A DNA stretch of 64,000 nucleotides, taken from Pecten maximus (Eukaryota). Under the pieces are notes generated by a model that searched no databases, had not been told where the DNA came from, and worked only from the letters and a program-made list of their open reading frames with translations. This document shows, piece after piece, positions 1 to 10,621 of the stretch (position 1 is its first letter; each line of letters opens with the position of its first letter). The position numbers and the translations under genes are program-made. Location of the stretch: positions 34,038,001 through 34,102,000 of the forward strand of contig NC_047029.1 in assembly GCF_902652985.1 (NCBI RefSeq). Reading direction: 5' to 3'.

Positions 1-1003
1 CGACACATGTGTTTTCGGAATCGGTCAAACAGTAGTCAGGAAATGAAAGCAGATATCATACATGTAGTTGAGCGCTTAACAAAAGCGGAACCAACACATT
101 GTATGGTTGCTGCGTTACATGGCTGATGATGGGGATACCTCCTCTTTGTTTGCCAGGATCCAGCAGAAAGTACCAGTATGGGTTTTGAAAGTCAGCAAGA
201 TGAACTGTGAAAACCATAGTTGTAAGTGTGTGCATACAAATCTAGAAAAAAATGGTAGAAAGAGTGACACATTGTCAAGGTTGTAGAAGACTTAGATAGA
301 TGACTCGTATCCCTCTAACTAAGAAGAGAGAGAATGAGCGATTCGTGTGCACAGCGGGCAGATAAGAAGACAACGTGAACATGTCCCTCCCAACTCAATA
401 CATCGTGTCTTAGGTTACTATGGCAACAGCAGTGCCGAGAAGCCAGATAAATTATCATATTATGATCCAAATGTTGCTGGTGAACAAAACGCTAGTCAAA
501 CTATTACTGATGTTTTGTCTGACCATGAGCAAACAACCAATATGCGAATAGGGCATTGAGGCTTGATACCCCAGGCATCCGAAACAATAGATCCTGAATT
601 TATCTGATAGGAAAATTCTGCACTCTCTCTAGTAGTGTGGTACAAAGTTTCAGGAGTGAAGTCTCGGCCATCTTACTCATCGCATCACTGTAAAATGGCT
701 ATTCATCAACTGTTGTAAAGAGGAGTCTAAAGTTAAACACTGCTACTTTGGTTAAAACCTGCTGTAAACAGCCTTTCTCGCTTCATCCACAGAAATCAAG
801 TTGTTCCCGAAGAAAAAAAGTTATTATTTTTAATGTCAAGGTTATGTAAATATTTTTAAGTTCCCGTGTGATTTGTGGTCGGACGTGTAAACCCATACCT
901 GATCCAAAAATCAATTATTTGGATGAATAGTTGTGGGATAATGTGATGTTGCCAAAGCTGACAGCATTTAAACCCTAAAGTTATTTTATCAGAGTTGGCT
1001 TAG
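1..1003 (+). mobile_element. Decayed Mutator-like/Kolobok-type DDE transposase with a C-terminal YqaJ/lambda-exonuclease-like remnant (5' part outside window)
   Basis: Manual translation: SSQEMKADII ... LRYMADDGDTSSLFARIQQKVPVWVLKVSKMNCENHSCKCVHTNLEK ... NSIHRVLGYYGNSS. This resembles the ME.D, GDGDSS and K.EC.NH..K motifs of animal Mutator-like transposases. Near 820-1003 it reads YYF*CQGYVNIF..CD ... LWDNVMLPKLTAF..VILSELA*, resembling a YqaJ C-terminus. Many frameshifts and stops. Confidence 0.65.
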
Positions 1004-3977
1004 ACATCTGACGAGCGCTGGTATCCGTGAGTCACTAAAACCTTGGATGTGATCACAGATCATTCCCATACTATAAGTTACATCAATGTCTATTTTTAGT
1101 ACATAAATAGTTGTCATGTTATGGTAACATAAACCAGACAGATTTCATACGGTCTTACAGGTAGATGAAACACCACCTTGAATCAATTTTACGAGTGCGG
1201 TTTGTTTTCAAGAACGCTCTTTCGGCCATTCCACCCTACACGCAAGAAGCTCCCGATAATATTCACAGGACAAATTCGATCATTAGAAAAGCCCTAGTGC
1301 AAATGTTTTCTCCATAAAGAATGACACGGATTCTTTGGAATACATGTCCACGAGTCATCTTACACTATATACAATGCACACCTGAGATGAAGAAAGGTAT
1401 CTGATGAACAATGCTGAAGAAGCAATCGGATTGCTTTCACCAATGTTCTCTTAAAAACACCAATAAACTGATTATAGGATGTTTTGATTGCCTGTAATCG
1501 ACTGTGACTTATCCCCAAGTAACTTTGTATAACAAAACAGATTTGTTTTTGACAGCGATCTACTACAGTCACCCCTTGATTTCAACCAATTGTTGTGCAG
1601 AATATCGAGGTTTCCCTGATCCTTAAATACCTTTTTAATATATATCCCAACCTATCCTATCCTATTCTTATAACACAGATTTAACTTAATAGCCATAGGC
1701 ACCATTTGTGCCTGCTCATGTAAATATGACTTTCGAGATATCAGTTGGAGGACTATAATGTCACACTGATACTAACTAAGATTAACTGGTTTATACAGTG
1801 GAATATACCGGGATGTCTATCTGCGCCTCTTCTATTTTTGTAAATACAAATTTAATATCCTTATTATGGTTATACCTTAAGTAACATTTTCCTGGTCCTT
1901 AATGATTCCCATCTCAGTATGTGTATTATGTAATTATTCCTAATTTTACCGTAGGAAATTTTCAAATTTGATGTTGTACGAAACCGAAGTCTTTCAGATA
2001 AAAGCTACTCCCCAGAGTAGGTGATGCGCAATAAACATGCTCTTAATCTATAAAATCTCAATATAATTGCATTATTATGTCGTAAACAAGTCATTTATTC
2101 ACGTCAATCTGAAGGATTGTCTATGTAAATATGACATAGGAATTGCTAATGGCTCTTGAAACGTTGGTCGGTACTAATGAATTTTTTTTTTTTTTTTTTA
2201 AATAAAGGCTTCTAAACATCCAAGAGCAGCTCTTATGACAGCCACTTAGCGGCCGAACACGTGCACGTCATCCAGATTATAGTTACAATACAGAAGTTAA
2301 CGGTGCTTTTGATGAGTATGTCCACCGCATACATATAGGACGGATCCTTGTTGTATACAGTAAGGTAATTATCCAGGAATGTTATCAATATTTGAAAAAA
2401 TAGACGTGTTGGTTCTCAAGATTTAAACCTTATAAAAAAAAGATTGGACAGAAGAAAGCATGACTTCTGATTATATCATCTTCGTTTATATTCACCATTA
2501 GCCTAGGTAAAACAATACCTCAATGTCTGAAGATCAACGATTACATTGCCAGGGGAAATTGAAAGCCACGTGCCTGGTGAGGAAATTTCTGTACATGTGA
2601 CTCAAAGACTGCTTATCACATGAATATATGTAGCCATGTGAGTTTTTATTTTGTTGTTATTTAACATACCAGATATTTCCTAATGAAGCGCGTGTTTACG
2701 ACTCTTTGAAATCTACACAACCAGATATAAAGGAGAGGGCAAGGTCATTTTGACGATGGTGCGCATTGACGATTGGTCCAATCATGGGTTAATTTATAGT
2801 TCTGCGACAGACTGTGAAACATTGTAATTTGGACACGCACACAGTTCATCACACCACGTCTTCTTAAATGATGAAAAGCCGGCCATAGGTGTCCGAGAGC
2901 TACTTCCGGTGCGGAAAACAAGCATATATTGGTCATCAACATACAGTATGTCTCAGTTATTAGTCAAATAAATAGAAAAGTTGTAAACAACATTATGGAA
3001 TATTCTTGTGATTCCCTAAATGCATACAGACAATTCAAGGTTATTTTGCATATTTTTGCTGAACAAATCAGTATGATTGTATTTATCAGCCGAACTTGAT
3101 ATGTGTATAACTGTATAATGAGAATATAATAATATAGCATTTTTTGCCAGACACTGAGCAGATGGCCAAGACGAACCGTAACAGACGGAACAGGGAACAA
3201 AAGTCAAATAGTCGCGAGGGTTTTAAAGTTTGCAGGTCGGTGCATGCAATGATAAGGTATCACGCCCGATTCTATAGCATTTAGTCATAACTCAAATACT
3301 ACGAAACAGTATATCATACTTAAATTACCCATAACACTCTTCTCCTCAGCGTTTTGTCATCATTTGACCGTCGCATGCAGTCGGACCATTTAAACAGCAG
3401 TGGGCGTGATATGCAGACATTCCATATATCTATACCTACCGCTGTAATAGTAACAACCAACGCTAGCTACCGTATAATCTCTAGTGTCCTCTATTTTAAC
3501 CATTCCATTACTCCCTAAACGTCCTTTCTAGCTTTGGACTGGAGTTTTTGAGATGTATTTTTCTCATGCCCTCTGGCAATGCCGTCCAGTTGTAATAAAT
3601 ATATGGTCAAATAATCTACGTAGTATATATATAAGTATGTGCTCTACTCACGGTATTTTTCTACGCCGGAAGTAAGGTTGAAGAAGTGTGTCATTACAAA
3701 ATCACACTATTGATGTTAAATTGAGCACAAATCCGGACTAGCAGGGATTGTTTAGTTTTGTATGTAGAATGGTTACTTTCGCTAAAAACATTCCAATCAG
3801 ATAGCGGAATAGGAAACATATTGAAGGCCCGGTATCTTTGAAATCATATACAGTGTATATTTTTGTTATGGTCCCATTCTCATACCCAGAAACATCATTC
3901 ATCCAAATATAACTACATGTTGTAAAGTGGAGATAACTCTGTATTGCCAGGAGGTTATCTCCCTTGTTTATACTCAC

Positions 3978-4075
3978 TTGTAGCAGAAGAAAACAACAAG
4001 GGACACGGTTAGTAGAACAATAGATAAGGAATATCCGGCAATGAACAGGAAAATGTGGCGATGCTCGGTAATTTC
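3978..4075 (-). CDS. Class B1 GPCR exon encoding TM1: EITEHRHIFLFIAGYSLSIVLLTVSLVVFFCY(K)
   Basis: Acceptor tgtattttacag|GAA, donor AA|gtgagt, 98 nt, phase 0 in and phase 2 out. GYSLS..LL..SL..F is the secretin-family TM1 pattern. Not shown in the ORF track in this frame. Confidence 0.92.
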
Positions 4076-4226
4076 CTGTAAAATACACAATGGAAACATT
4101 TAAATGATCAGGGGAATATATTTCTGATTTTGGTATATATGTTTTATTGATAAATCCTACAAAATTATGTTCAGAAACAAAAATAATTGTTTATTTGAAA
4201 AAAAAAACCAGGCAAACACATTACAA

Positions 4227-4295
4227 CTCCCCGTCAGGAATCGAACCTTGGTCTCAGTCGAGATAATCCCTGGTTTGCCAACTGAGCCAAAGAGA
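4227..4295 (-). pseudogene. tRNA-derived sequence (pseudo-tRNA or SINE head) with an Asp-like 3' half
   Basis: Minus strand has A-box TGGCTCAGTTGG and B-box GGTTCGATTCC. The 3' end GAGACCAAGGTTCGATTCCTGACGGGGAG resembles eukaryotic tRNA-Asp. The anticodon arm is not canonical. Confidence 0.5.
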
Positions 4296-5264
4296 CATGA
4301 TTTGCCAACCGACGACAGTGTCCGTATTCAACACACTGTAAAGTCGCATAATTAATGCTGTAGCATCAACAGAATGCTAATTGAGAGCCGGTATCTATAT
4401 ATTTGTAAGAATCGTCAACCAGGAAGCATTGACGAATTAAAAAAAAGTTATAAACTTCACATTAAATAAGCCGGTAAACCATATATCCCAGATAACTTAG
4501 GGTATTGGGGTCATGGCGTCGTGTGGCTTCCGTGTATTCGGTCATTTAAGTTTTAATAGACGATAGAGCAGCAAGATGTGTGGTGGGCAAATGTCATGGA
4601 AACCCGTTAGGCTTACCATACTATATTTGCACCCCATACATATTGCTGCCCTATCGACTATAGCCACATTGCAACCACTGTTCAATTCTTATATTTACAT
4701 TGCCTCATCATTTTCGTCGAATTTCGGAAACAAGCAAATTACCGCTCGCTATTTCAAATGTCACATGATAAAAAAAATCAGCTGAAAAAATAGTGCGTTG
4801 AAGATGAACATAATTACTGACATTTTTTGTTTCTTTACGTTTAATTTCGTATATTTGATGTTAAACGCATACAAAATATGTTTTGAAATTGATAAACCGT
4901 ATCAAAAATAATTCCCTGTGAACTGCGAAATCGCGTGACGTCATATTCCGTGGAAAGAATGAGTGATGCGGTCCGCCACCATGTTTAGCTGTGGAAATTG
5001 AACACGCACGAATCGAAAGTTGACCTCGCAATGAAACCTGGGATATTTTGAAGTGTCATTTGATTAGAACTGGATTGCTATTTGGCGATAGTCTGTACCC
5101 TTAGAAAAGGCACTAGTTGTCTCGACAATATGGGAACGTGAGGAGCAAGCTGTTTTAAACAACTTTTACTTTCATACTCAATGACCGGATCCAGTGTAGC
5201 AGACGACAGAAAGGCATTTTTGGTAAATTAGTTGACAAATTATTATTGATATGGCATGAAAATA

Positions 5265-6192
5265 TACTGACGGAAAGAACGCAAGATCGGGTCTTCTAAT
5301 ATAACCTGTGGTCTAAATACAATTTAATTACACACTTAGCTAACTCCGTGCACTGTGGAAATGTTCTTTAATTTAAATTCAGTCGACCGTGACCCCTGCT
5401 CAACGCTGCATGCTTCAGCAGATTTTTCAAGAAAGCGTGTATCCGTGGAACTCTTGCACCATACGTGCTGGTAAGTAATTATAAAACGTACAATGGAACA
5501 GTACAGATCATTTACACAACAAATCTTTTGCGAATTGATTGCACAGCGAAATGTCGCGTTTGAGTAAAGTCGACAATGGTAGCACCATTGCTCTGATAAT
5601 GAAAGGACATTCGCAACGTCATGTAGCCCAGTAAAATGGCGTACATGTGACAACAATAGTTTAGTTTGGTGTCTCAGAGTCACAGGGGGTCGGGATAGAG
5701 GCGCACACCTCCGTAACCGATATCAGACGGCGACAGAGACGGCACGTCAATTTGTCGGCACTCATGGTTGGCAAGTGTGTCCATGGACGGTTAGAAATCA
5801 GTTGCGGGAGCATTTGTGGGAAGAGCTACACAGTGGGTTAGGAGGCGCGTCAACGTAACATATAACGTCGCTCAACCTACTCAGGCCCTTATGCAGGGGT
5901 GGAAGTATACACCTCAAAGTGCAATACACACATTGATGAGGTTGATGTTTCGGAGAGTAAGATCAGCGGCAGATGCTAGTGGCGGGTACACACGCTACTG
6001 ATTAGGATCGAGAACGGCGTATGTTACACTTGTTAAAACGGTATTAACTCAAACATCGTTTGTGATAGGACTACAAAAATCATCAAAATGTATTCAGTAA
6101 TGAGGAAATAATCGAAAAATTTACACCATGAATGCATCATCAAAGAATCATGAAAAATAAAATTAAACTTGCGTTTGATATTTCCGCTAGTA
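5265..6192 (+). mobile_element. Internally deleted Tc1/mariner element (~930 bp)
   Basis: Degenerate TIRs (TACTGACGGAAAGAACGCAAG and reverse complement TACTAGCGGAAATATCAAACGCAAG) flanked by TA. Remnant 5551-6001 reads MSRLSK..GHSQRHVAQ*NGVHVTTI ... HLRNRYQTATETAR..GTHG..TVRNQLREH|LWEEL ... LMFRRVRSAADASGGYTRY*, i.e. Tc1 N-terminal HTH and C-terminus with the DDE core missing. Confidence 0.85.
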
Positions 6193-7118
6193 TACATTTG
6201 CATTATGATGAATTTCAATTAAGAAAATATATACATTTTTATGGCATTTTAAACAGTTACAACTTGTTTAAATCTCTATCAATACCTCGTTGTTGGCGGC
6301 AATATTGTTTGTTTACATAAAAAGCTGCCTGTATTCCTGCAACCACTGGTTGTTATAACCTGAGACACTGGGTGTTATAGGCGTATTAATGGCAGCTACC
6401 TCTTAGCATTGTGTCAATGGTGAAATGCGGAGCAAATGTAAATATAGCCATTCATCTGCAGCGAATGTAATGGCAACTTCCAGGAATCCTTCGAAATTTA
6501 GTTTCCGGATCGCTGTTGTTTTGTTATCTATTGGTGATGATAAGACATCAATCAATACGTTTAATATGTGGCTAGTAATCATTCCTTTCGTGTGTTCTTT
6601 ATATATACAATTACATATATGTTTGTAATCGTAATCCACGTCATAAAAACGCTTAAACCTCATGCGGTCAAAGTACTCGAATCTTTTAAATCCGGTTGTG
6701 ATCATTTTCGTATGAGACAATAGTAATTATTCTCGTTATCATGCAAAACTAACGCGTTGAATCGCCAAATTTTGCGTTAATACAAGAAATTAACGCGTTG
6801 TTTTGCGAAACGTTTCAGTTATAAAGACCTCATTTTCTCTGATGATCTCGACTGGCTTTTGGACGAATCAAACATTCTTCTCGAAATGGTCAACACCCGA
6901 CTGTATTACCAGCTGCGAACAGCTACATACTTAGGTGGTAGGCCTATTTTATTTAGAAACGAACAACTAAAATGTAGAATTGATGGCTGCCATAACTTTT
7001 TTAATTTGTCCTGTACAGTGTACTTCAAGGAAGTAAACAGAAATGTTTGGGATGCGTAATGACTGCTTTCATGTCTTCCTGTTTTCCTGATTCTTTTCTC
7101 TTGTGGAATCCTAAACTC

Positions 7119-7149
7119 TCCCCCCCCCCCCCCCCCCCCCCTCCCCTCC
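7119..7149. repeat. Poly-C tract (poly-G on the GPCR sense strand)
   Basis: Run of about 23 C followed by TCCCCTCC. Confidence 0.9.
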
Positions 7150-7297
7150 ATACCACATATTCAAGTTACAAAGCTGTATGCCAAGAGCTATCAATCTGCA
7201 GTATGTATTATTTAAAATGATTGGGTATATATCCTTATCCATCATTATTTATATAGACAGTGATCCTGCCAGTGTTGTCTCTGTAATAAACGATTAC

Positions 7298-7410
7298 CTT
7301 CGTTTCCGTTTGTTCATTGCAGCTCGAAAAATCGATGTAGCTTGACGCACTGTAGTTCGGTGGCATCCACCAGGTTGCGTTTTCTGTGCACGTCCGAGAA
7401 ACCGTCGCGC
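7298..7410 (-). CDS. Class B1 GPCR exon, C-terminal half of hormone-receptor domain: (G)ATVSRTCTENATWWMPPNYSASSYIDFSSCNEQTETK
   Basis: Acceptor atattttccctag|GC, donor AAG|gtaatc, 113 nt, phase 1 in and phase 0 out. Matches the R.C..N.TW ... D.S.C pattern of the HRM domain. Confidence 0.92.
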
Positions 7411-9355
7411 CTAGGGAAAATATAAAACACAATTAAATCTTTCAATTTGTTAAATATTTACAGTTTAACACCAGTTTCAGGATTTTTTCTTCTTTTTTTC
7501 ATTTCATTTATTTATCTATTCTTTTATTTAATTATCTTTGCACTATAGGGACCATTTCATATGAGATTGATCAAACGGCTATGAATTTAGGTTTTGTTTC
7601 AACGGACCAAATCTCTCGCGAAAAAATATTTCAAAGTCAATCAAAACGAATATTTGATGGTGCGAAAAGCAAAATTTTGTTTTATTTTGAAAACTTTTGA
7701 GGAAAACCTTGATCATGCTGTAACATTACACAATTACCACTCATGTTTTATTGTGACGTCAGCTGACATCACGTGGTGACGTCAAAGTGGAAAAAACTGT
7801 ATAATAATATGATCTAATTGACGAGTGCAGATAGTATGCTACTAATAACATGGTCGTTAATCAGAGCAATAGGTCAGTCTTTTAAATATAAGTTCTTAAT
7901 ATTCATGTTGGTGAGTGTTGTTCTTAAGCATGAACTAAATTAAGATAAAGAATTGTAATTCTGCTTCATCTATGATTATCATTTCTCTTTTTAAACTCAA
8001 CAAAACGCATATAGAAGGTTATTTTGCATTTTTTATTATACATTTGAATAGCCATAAAAGATTTCTGATTAGATAACCTAAGTGTAAACAAGTCTGTTTA
8101 TTTCTCACCAATTTGAGAATAGAACGTGAACCAGTTCTCTGCGCATGAATATATGTAAATGATGGCGGACTTCTTTCCGTTGTTAACATAAGGATCAACG
8201 CTTTCTTTTGTTTAGTTTATGAGGTCATACATCCAATTGAGCAGTCGTTAAATAAGCGCAATTTAATTAGTGCTCCTTTGGATTTGTAATATCATAAGCT
8301 AAACAAAATACAGGATTAATCCTTAATCACATTGTATATTGTACATGAAATATTGAAAGATAATCCTTAAGATTAGGCCGTACACGTTTTCTCGGGAATT
8401 TCCATGCTTATTCAATTAGCGGTGACTGTCAAAATTGAAAAATAATAGTTTGATGTAGTTTTGACTATTTTTGGTGTTACAATATAAATCTGTTTGAACA
8501 AGTTATGTTTATGTGTCGGGGTAGAGGACAGGGAATTTAAAGGTGAGTATGTAAATTCTACATACACATCCAGAGATATCGATACATCACGTGCATTACG
8601 TGTTGTCTGACAGCCTCTAACACGTTCAGCACAAAGCGATACGTTATCTTTATTTTATGATGATGACCCAGACGTTTATCTTCATTTTCATTATTCTTTA
8701 CATAAACTAGAAATCGGTATCCATATATTGCCTACACCAGACGTTCGCTATTAACTGTTTTCCTATGTGTAAACCAATCACACTAAGTCAGGATTACCCT
8801 AGAGATGGGAAGGAAAACTTTAACCTTCTTTATAGCGGTGACATTGTCGGGCGGTTTAGCATTGTCATGGAGTAAGTATCCACTAATTGACAGTAAAGCA
8901 ATCAATCCTATAATGATATAAGCCTCGTTAACGTCAAGTTAATGCTTTAGTAGCAGATGTACAGATTTGTTTTCTTGAAATATCGTTAGCTCGAGACCCA
9001 GACATATCACGAGTCAAAATGGTCTTTTTGTGATTTTGTGATTCCTTTTTCACTCATTTGTCCCGTTCCTTCATGCTTTGTAACAGTTTTTTATAGACCA
9101 TTTTCTTATAGGGAACGCTATGATGAGAGCTAGGATTCCTAGACCTAACTTTGGGTAAACCATTCGAGCAGATATGGCTTAAGGCACGCTACAGTAGCTT
9201 TTGGTATATATGTATGTGAAAAAGATCCTAGATATCGCAGAATGTGACTTAAATACGGAATATAGTGGGATTTCTTTCTACCTAGTTACGTCAAGGTATG
9301 CTTTAACCTGGACATGATTCCATAAGTATTTATCTCCTGCTATTTGTTTTGCCCT

Positions 9356-9356
<1 letters not shown>

Positions 9357-9400
<44 letters not shown>
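9357..9400. repeat. Poly-C homopolymer (~44 nt)
   Basis: Directly visible; a G-rich tract follows at ~9468-9490. Confidence 0.9.
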
Positions 9401-9403
<3 letters not shown>

Positions 9404-10516
9404 TATTGATGTATACGTTGTTACAGAGAAGGATACCGAAATCAATATTTTTTATTTTTGTTTTTGCGGGAGGGGGAGGGGGAGGGGGTGTTGGTTACGT
9501 TATGCGTCCTAGAAGCAATCAAGCGTAATTGCCTATCGGAACATCTTTGAAGTGTCATGTCTAAATAATGATGATTGGCATTAAAACTACATTAGAAAAA
9601 ATGCTATGAAATACGGTATATGTATTTCATTTTCTTAAACACATTTATTAACCTTGAAACTTGGTCTGTGGGGACTGATTTCAAAGTTCATATTGAACGA
9701 TTTTCACAACTTATGCAGATTTTATTTTAATTATAATGCTGAAAAGTTCAGGTCAGGTAGCTGTTGCATGTGCATGTTCTCCTCAGTAGATATAGGGAAA
9801 TCATAAAAAAAAAAGTCAGAATGGTCATTACCTCTTCTCGTGTAAATGTAACCATTAAAGATGTCGAAGTTTATAATTCTAAAGAGCAAACAATTGTATT
9901 CTTTTGTTTTGATTTTCGTTTTTTTTTTTTTTTTTTTTTTATTGTTTTAATTTTGAATGTTTGGCATGAATAACCACTATAATGTGCTCTTTTCATTAAT
10001 GAGAACTAAGGTTGAAAAGATACCTCTTGGTTTTGGTAAACACATACTTTAATTCCCGCTATCATGGTCCATAGTACAGAGTGGTTGCGGGTGAATGCAT
10101 GATTTTCAATATGATAATGAAGTTGTATGACTGTTGAATTTTCAATTTATTTCATGAAAGCATCAATATTATAGAGATTTGTCTGGCAATGTTATCAGGT
10201 AATCGGAAAAAACGGGTTTTTTTGTTCAGTGTCGTGGCCTTTTTTGCCCTTCAGCCATGTAATGATGTTTTCACTTTTAGACTTTCGACGCATGTGTAAA
10301 CTGACCCTACCAAAACAAGTATTTCAATTAAGCAATGCTGATAGAAAATGGATACCCCAAAAAAGCGTTTGGACATTTGCTTATCATTTTCAATGTATAG
10401 GTTACTGAAATAAGTACATCATTCAATATTGACAAAAATTAGAAAAACAGCATAACTGGCAATTTTTGTTGATCAATATTTCATCAATCAAGACTGATAT
10501 CAAAGACGTGTGATAC

Positions 10517-10621
10517 CGTTTTGGTTTGTAAATGGGCACTGTATAGTAGCCACGCTGCCGGCCCGAGTAAAGTTCCAGCACCCACCCAGTCGATCCATGG
10601 TGGCGTTGCAATACTGATACC
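10517..10621 (-). CDS. Class B1 GPCR exon, hormone-receptor domain core: (G)YQYCNATMDRLGGCWNFTRAGSVATIQCPFTNQN(G)
   Basis: Long polypyrimidine tract and ttttcag|GG acceptor, donor G|gtatca, 105 nt, phase 1/1. Carries the C-x3-h-D-x4-C-W-x2-T-x-AG-x6-C-P family-2 GPCR signature. Confidence 0.92.

Noticed and set aside
1-3977. Next GPCR exon (ICL1/TM2, LRC.R..IH.NL)
   Set aside because: No convincing match found by eye. 2745..2942 (HLRRRGVMNCVRVQITMFH) lacks the motif and suitable splice sites, so the exon probably lies left of the window.
4227-4295. Functional tRNA gene
   Set aside because: The anticodon and acceptor stems do not pair canonically; kept only as a tRNA-derived sequence.
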